The position numbers were made by a program, and so were the translations under genes. DNA of 64,000 bases, taken from Squalus acanthias (taxonomy: Eukaryota). A model generated the notes under the pieces. The model saw nothing but the letters and a program-made list of their open reading frames with translations, was not told the origin of the DNA and did no database searches. Below are positions 62,811 to 64,000 of this stretch, piece after piece (within the stretch, counting starts at the first letter, position 1; every line of letters begins with the position of its first letter). The stretch covers positions 157,110,001-157,174,000 of the forward strand of contig CM059431.1 of assembly GCA_030390025.1 (NCBI GenBank), written 5' to 3'.

Positions 62811-63626
62811 GTTTTATTTAATTCAATTTAATTATATGTGTAATTAGAAACCCTGTCAAATCAGGTAATCATGTTAACACCTCAATTAGAGAATCCATTA
62901 ATCTTTTATACTCCATGGAAAACAAGCCTAGTCTTTGTAACCTGTCTTCATAATTTAAACATTTTAGCCCGCTCATCATCATATGCTGTATTCCCGTGAG
63001 TTGAAATGTTCAAGTAGAAAGGCGTCGGTCTCATAAACCGAAGAGTGCAGTTTCGATCATTGTACGTGTAAGCTTTGAGGCTCCAATTTTTAACAAACTA
63101 CTTTTTTCGCGAAGGCTCTTAATAGCCCCATTCCCCTGTCTCCCATCGTCTTCGCTGGAATGTCAAACACCCCATGTAAACAATTAACATTTAACAATTC
63201 TGCTGGAGTAGTTTACCATGGAGTAGCATTTTTTGAGGTCAGTATTCACTACACTTTAAATTTTATTTTCGATTGAGGAGAGAGAACATTGTGTTCCAGA
63301 CGTTCGATGTTACGAAAATAATATATTTTTCGCATATCTTTGCCGCTTCTTCATGATCTCAGTACAATTAATGTTTCCTGATTCATCGATTACCAATCTA
63401 TTGATAATTTCACAAATTACTGACGGTTTGCAATCAATTGAGAGTTCTCGATCTATTAAAGATTCCCAATCCTTTCGCTAATCCCAATCTTCTGAATAAG
63501 ACAACAATTTGTAGGTCCAGGCCTGACGGGGGCCACAGTGGGGTCGCTCTGGCTGCCCGTCCCAGGGTGCAGGGACCAACTGGTGTATGTTTGTGTCCAT
63601 TCCAAACCGGGGGCATCGCAAGATAT

Positions 63627-64000
63627 AATCATAGAATCATAGAAATTTAAAGCACAGAAGGCGGCCATTCGGCCCATCTTGTCCGTGGCGACCGACAAAG
63701 AGCTATCCACCCTAATCCCACGTGATAGGGCTTGGTCCGTAGCCTTGTAGGTTATTGCACTTCAACTGCATGTACTAGTGCTTTTTAAATGTGATGAGGG
63801 TCTCTGGTTCTACCACGTTTTCAGGCAGTGAGACCAACCCACTCCAACCTCTGTGTGGAAACATTTCTCCTCCAATCCACTCGAAACCTGCGACCAATTA
63901 CTTTAAATCTATGACCCCTGGTTATTGACCCTTGTGCTAAGGGAAATAGATCCTTCCTATCCATACTATCTCGGCCCATCATAAATTTATACACCTCAAT
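63627..64000 (-). mobile_element. CR1 3' end (runs off the window)
   Basis: Tail aatcatagaatcatagaa; ggccattcggccc stem; RT C-terminal remnant. Confidence 0.85.

Noticed and set aside
63400..63625. Short unique ORFs near the window end
   Set aside because: No recognisable homology or splice structure.

Overview
Eukaryotic, vertebrate-type DNA. The repeat families and the NLR gene type point to a cartilaginous fish (shark or ray); this is an inference and the species is not determined. The one host gene is a + strand, multi-exon CARD-like/NACHT/short-LRR innate immune receptor (about 11.25-27.48 kb, roughly 868 codons if intact). Its splice sites and phases are consistent, but the NACHT exon has one in-frame TAA. 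Most of the remainder is nested transposons: CR1 LINEs (one full-length with an SGNH-esterase ORF1, one with an uninterrupted ORF2), Penelope-like elements and mini-derivatives carrying minimal hammerhead ribozyme cores and 10-15 bp TSDs, L2 remnants, Deu- and V-type SINEs, a Harbinger transposase 5' fragment and Harbinger-type MITEs. A 3.7 kb G-rich 27-bp minisatellite lies just upstream of the gene. Main leads: (1) a U_UUA_AAC slippery heptamer directly before the CR1 ORF1 stop, whose -1 frame is ORF2 and has no AUG until the end of the endonuclease domain, suggesting programmed -1 frameshifting; (2) short hammerhead-bounded Penelope insertions, intact only antisense to the NLR gene.
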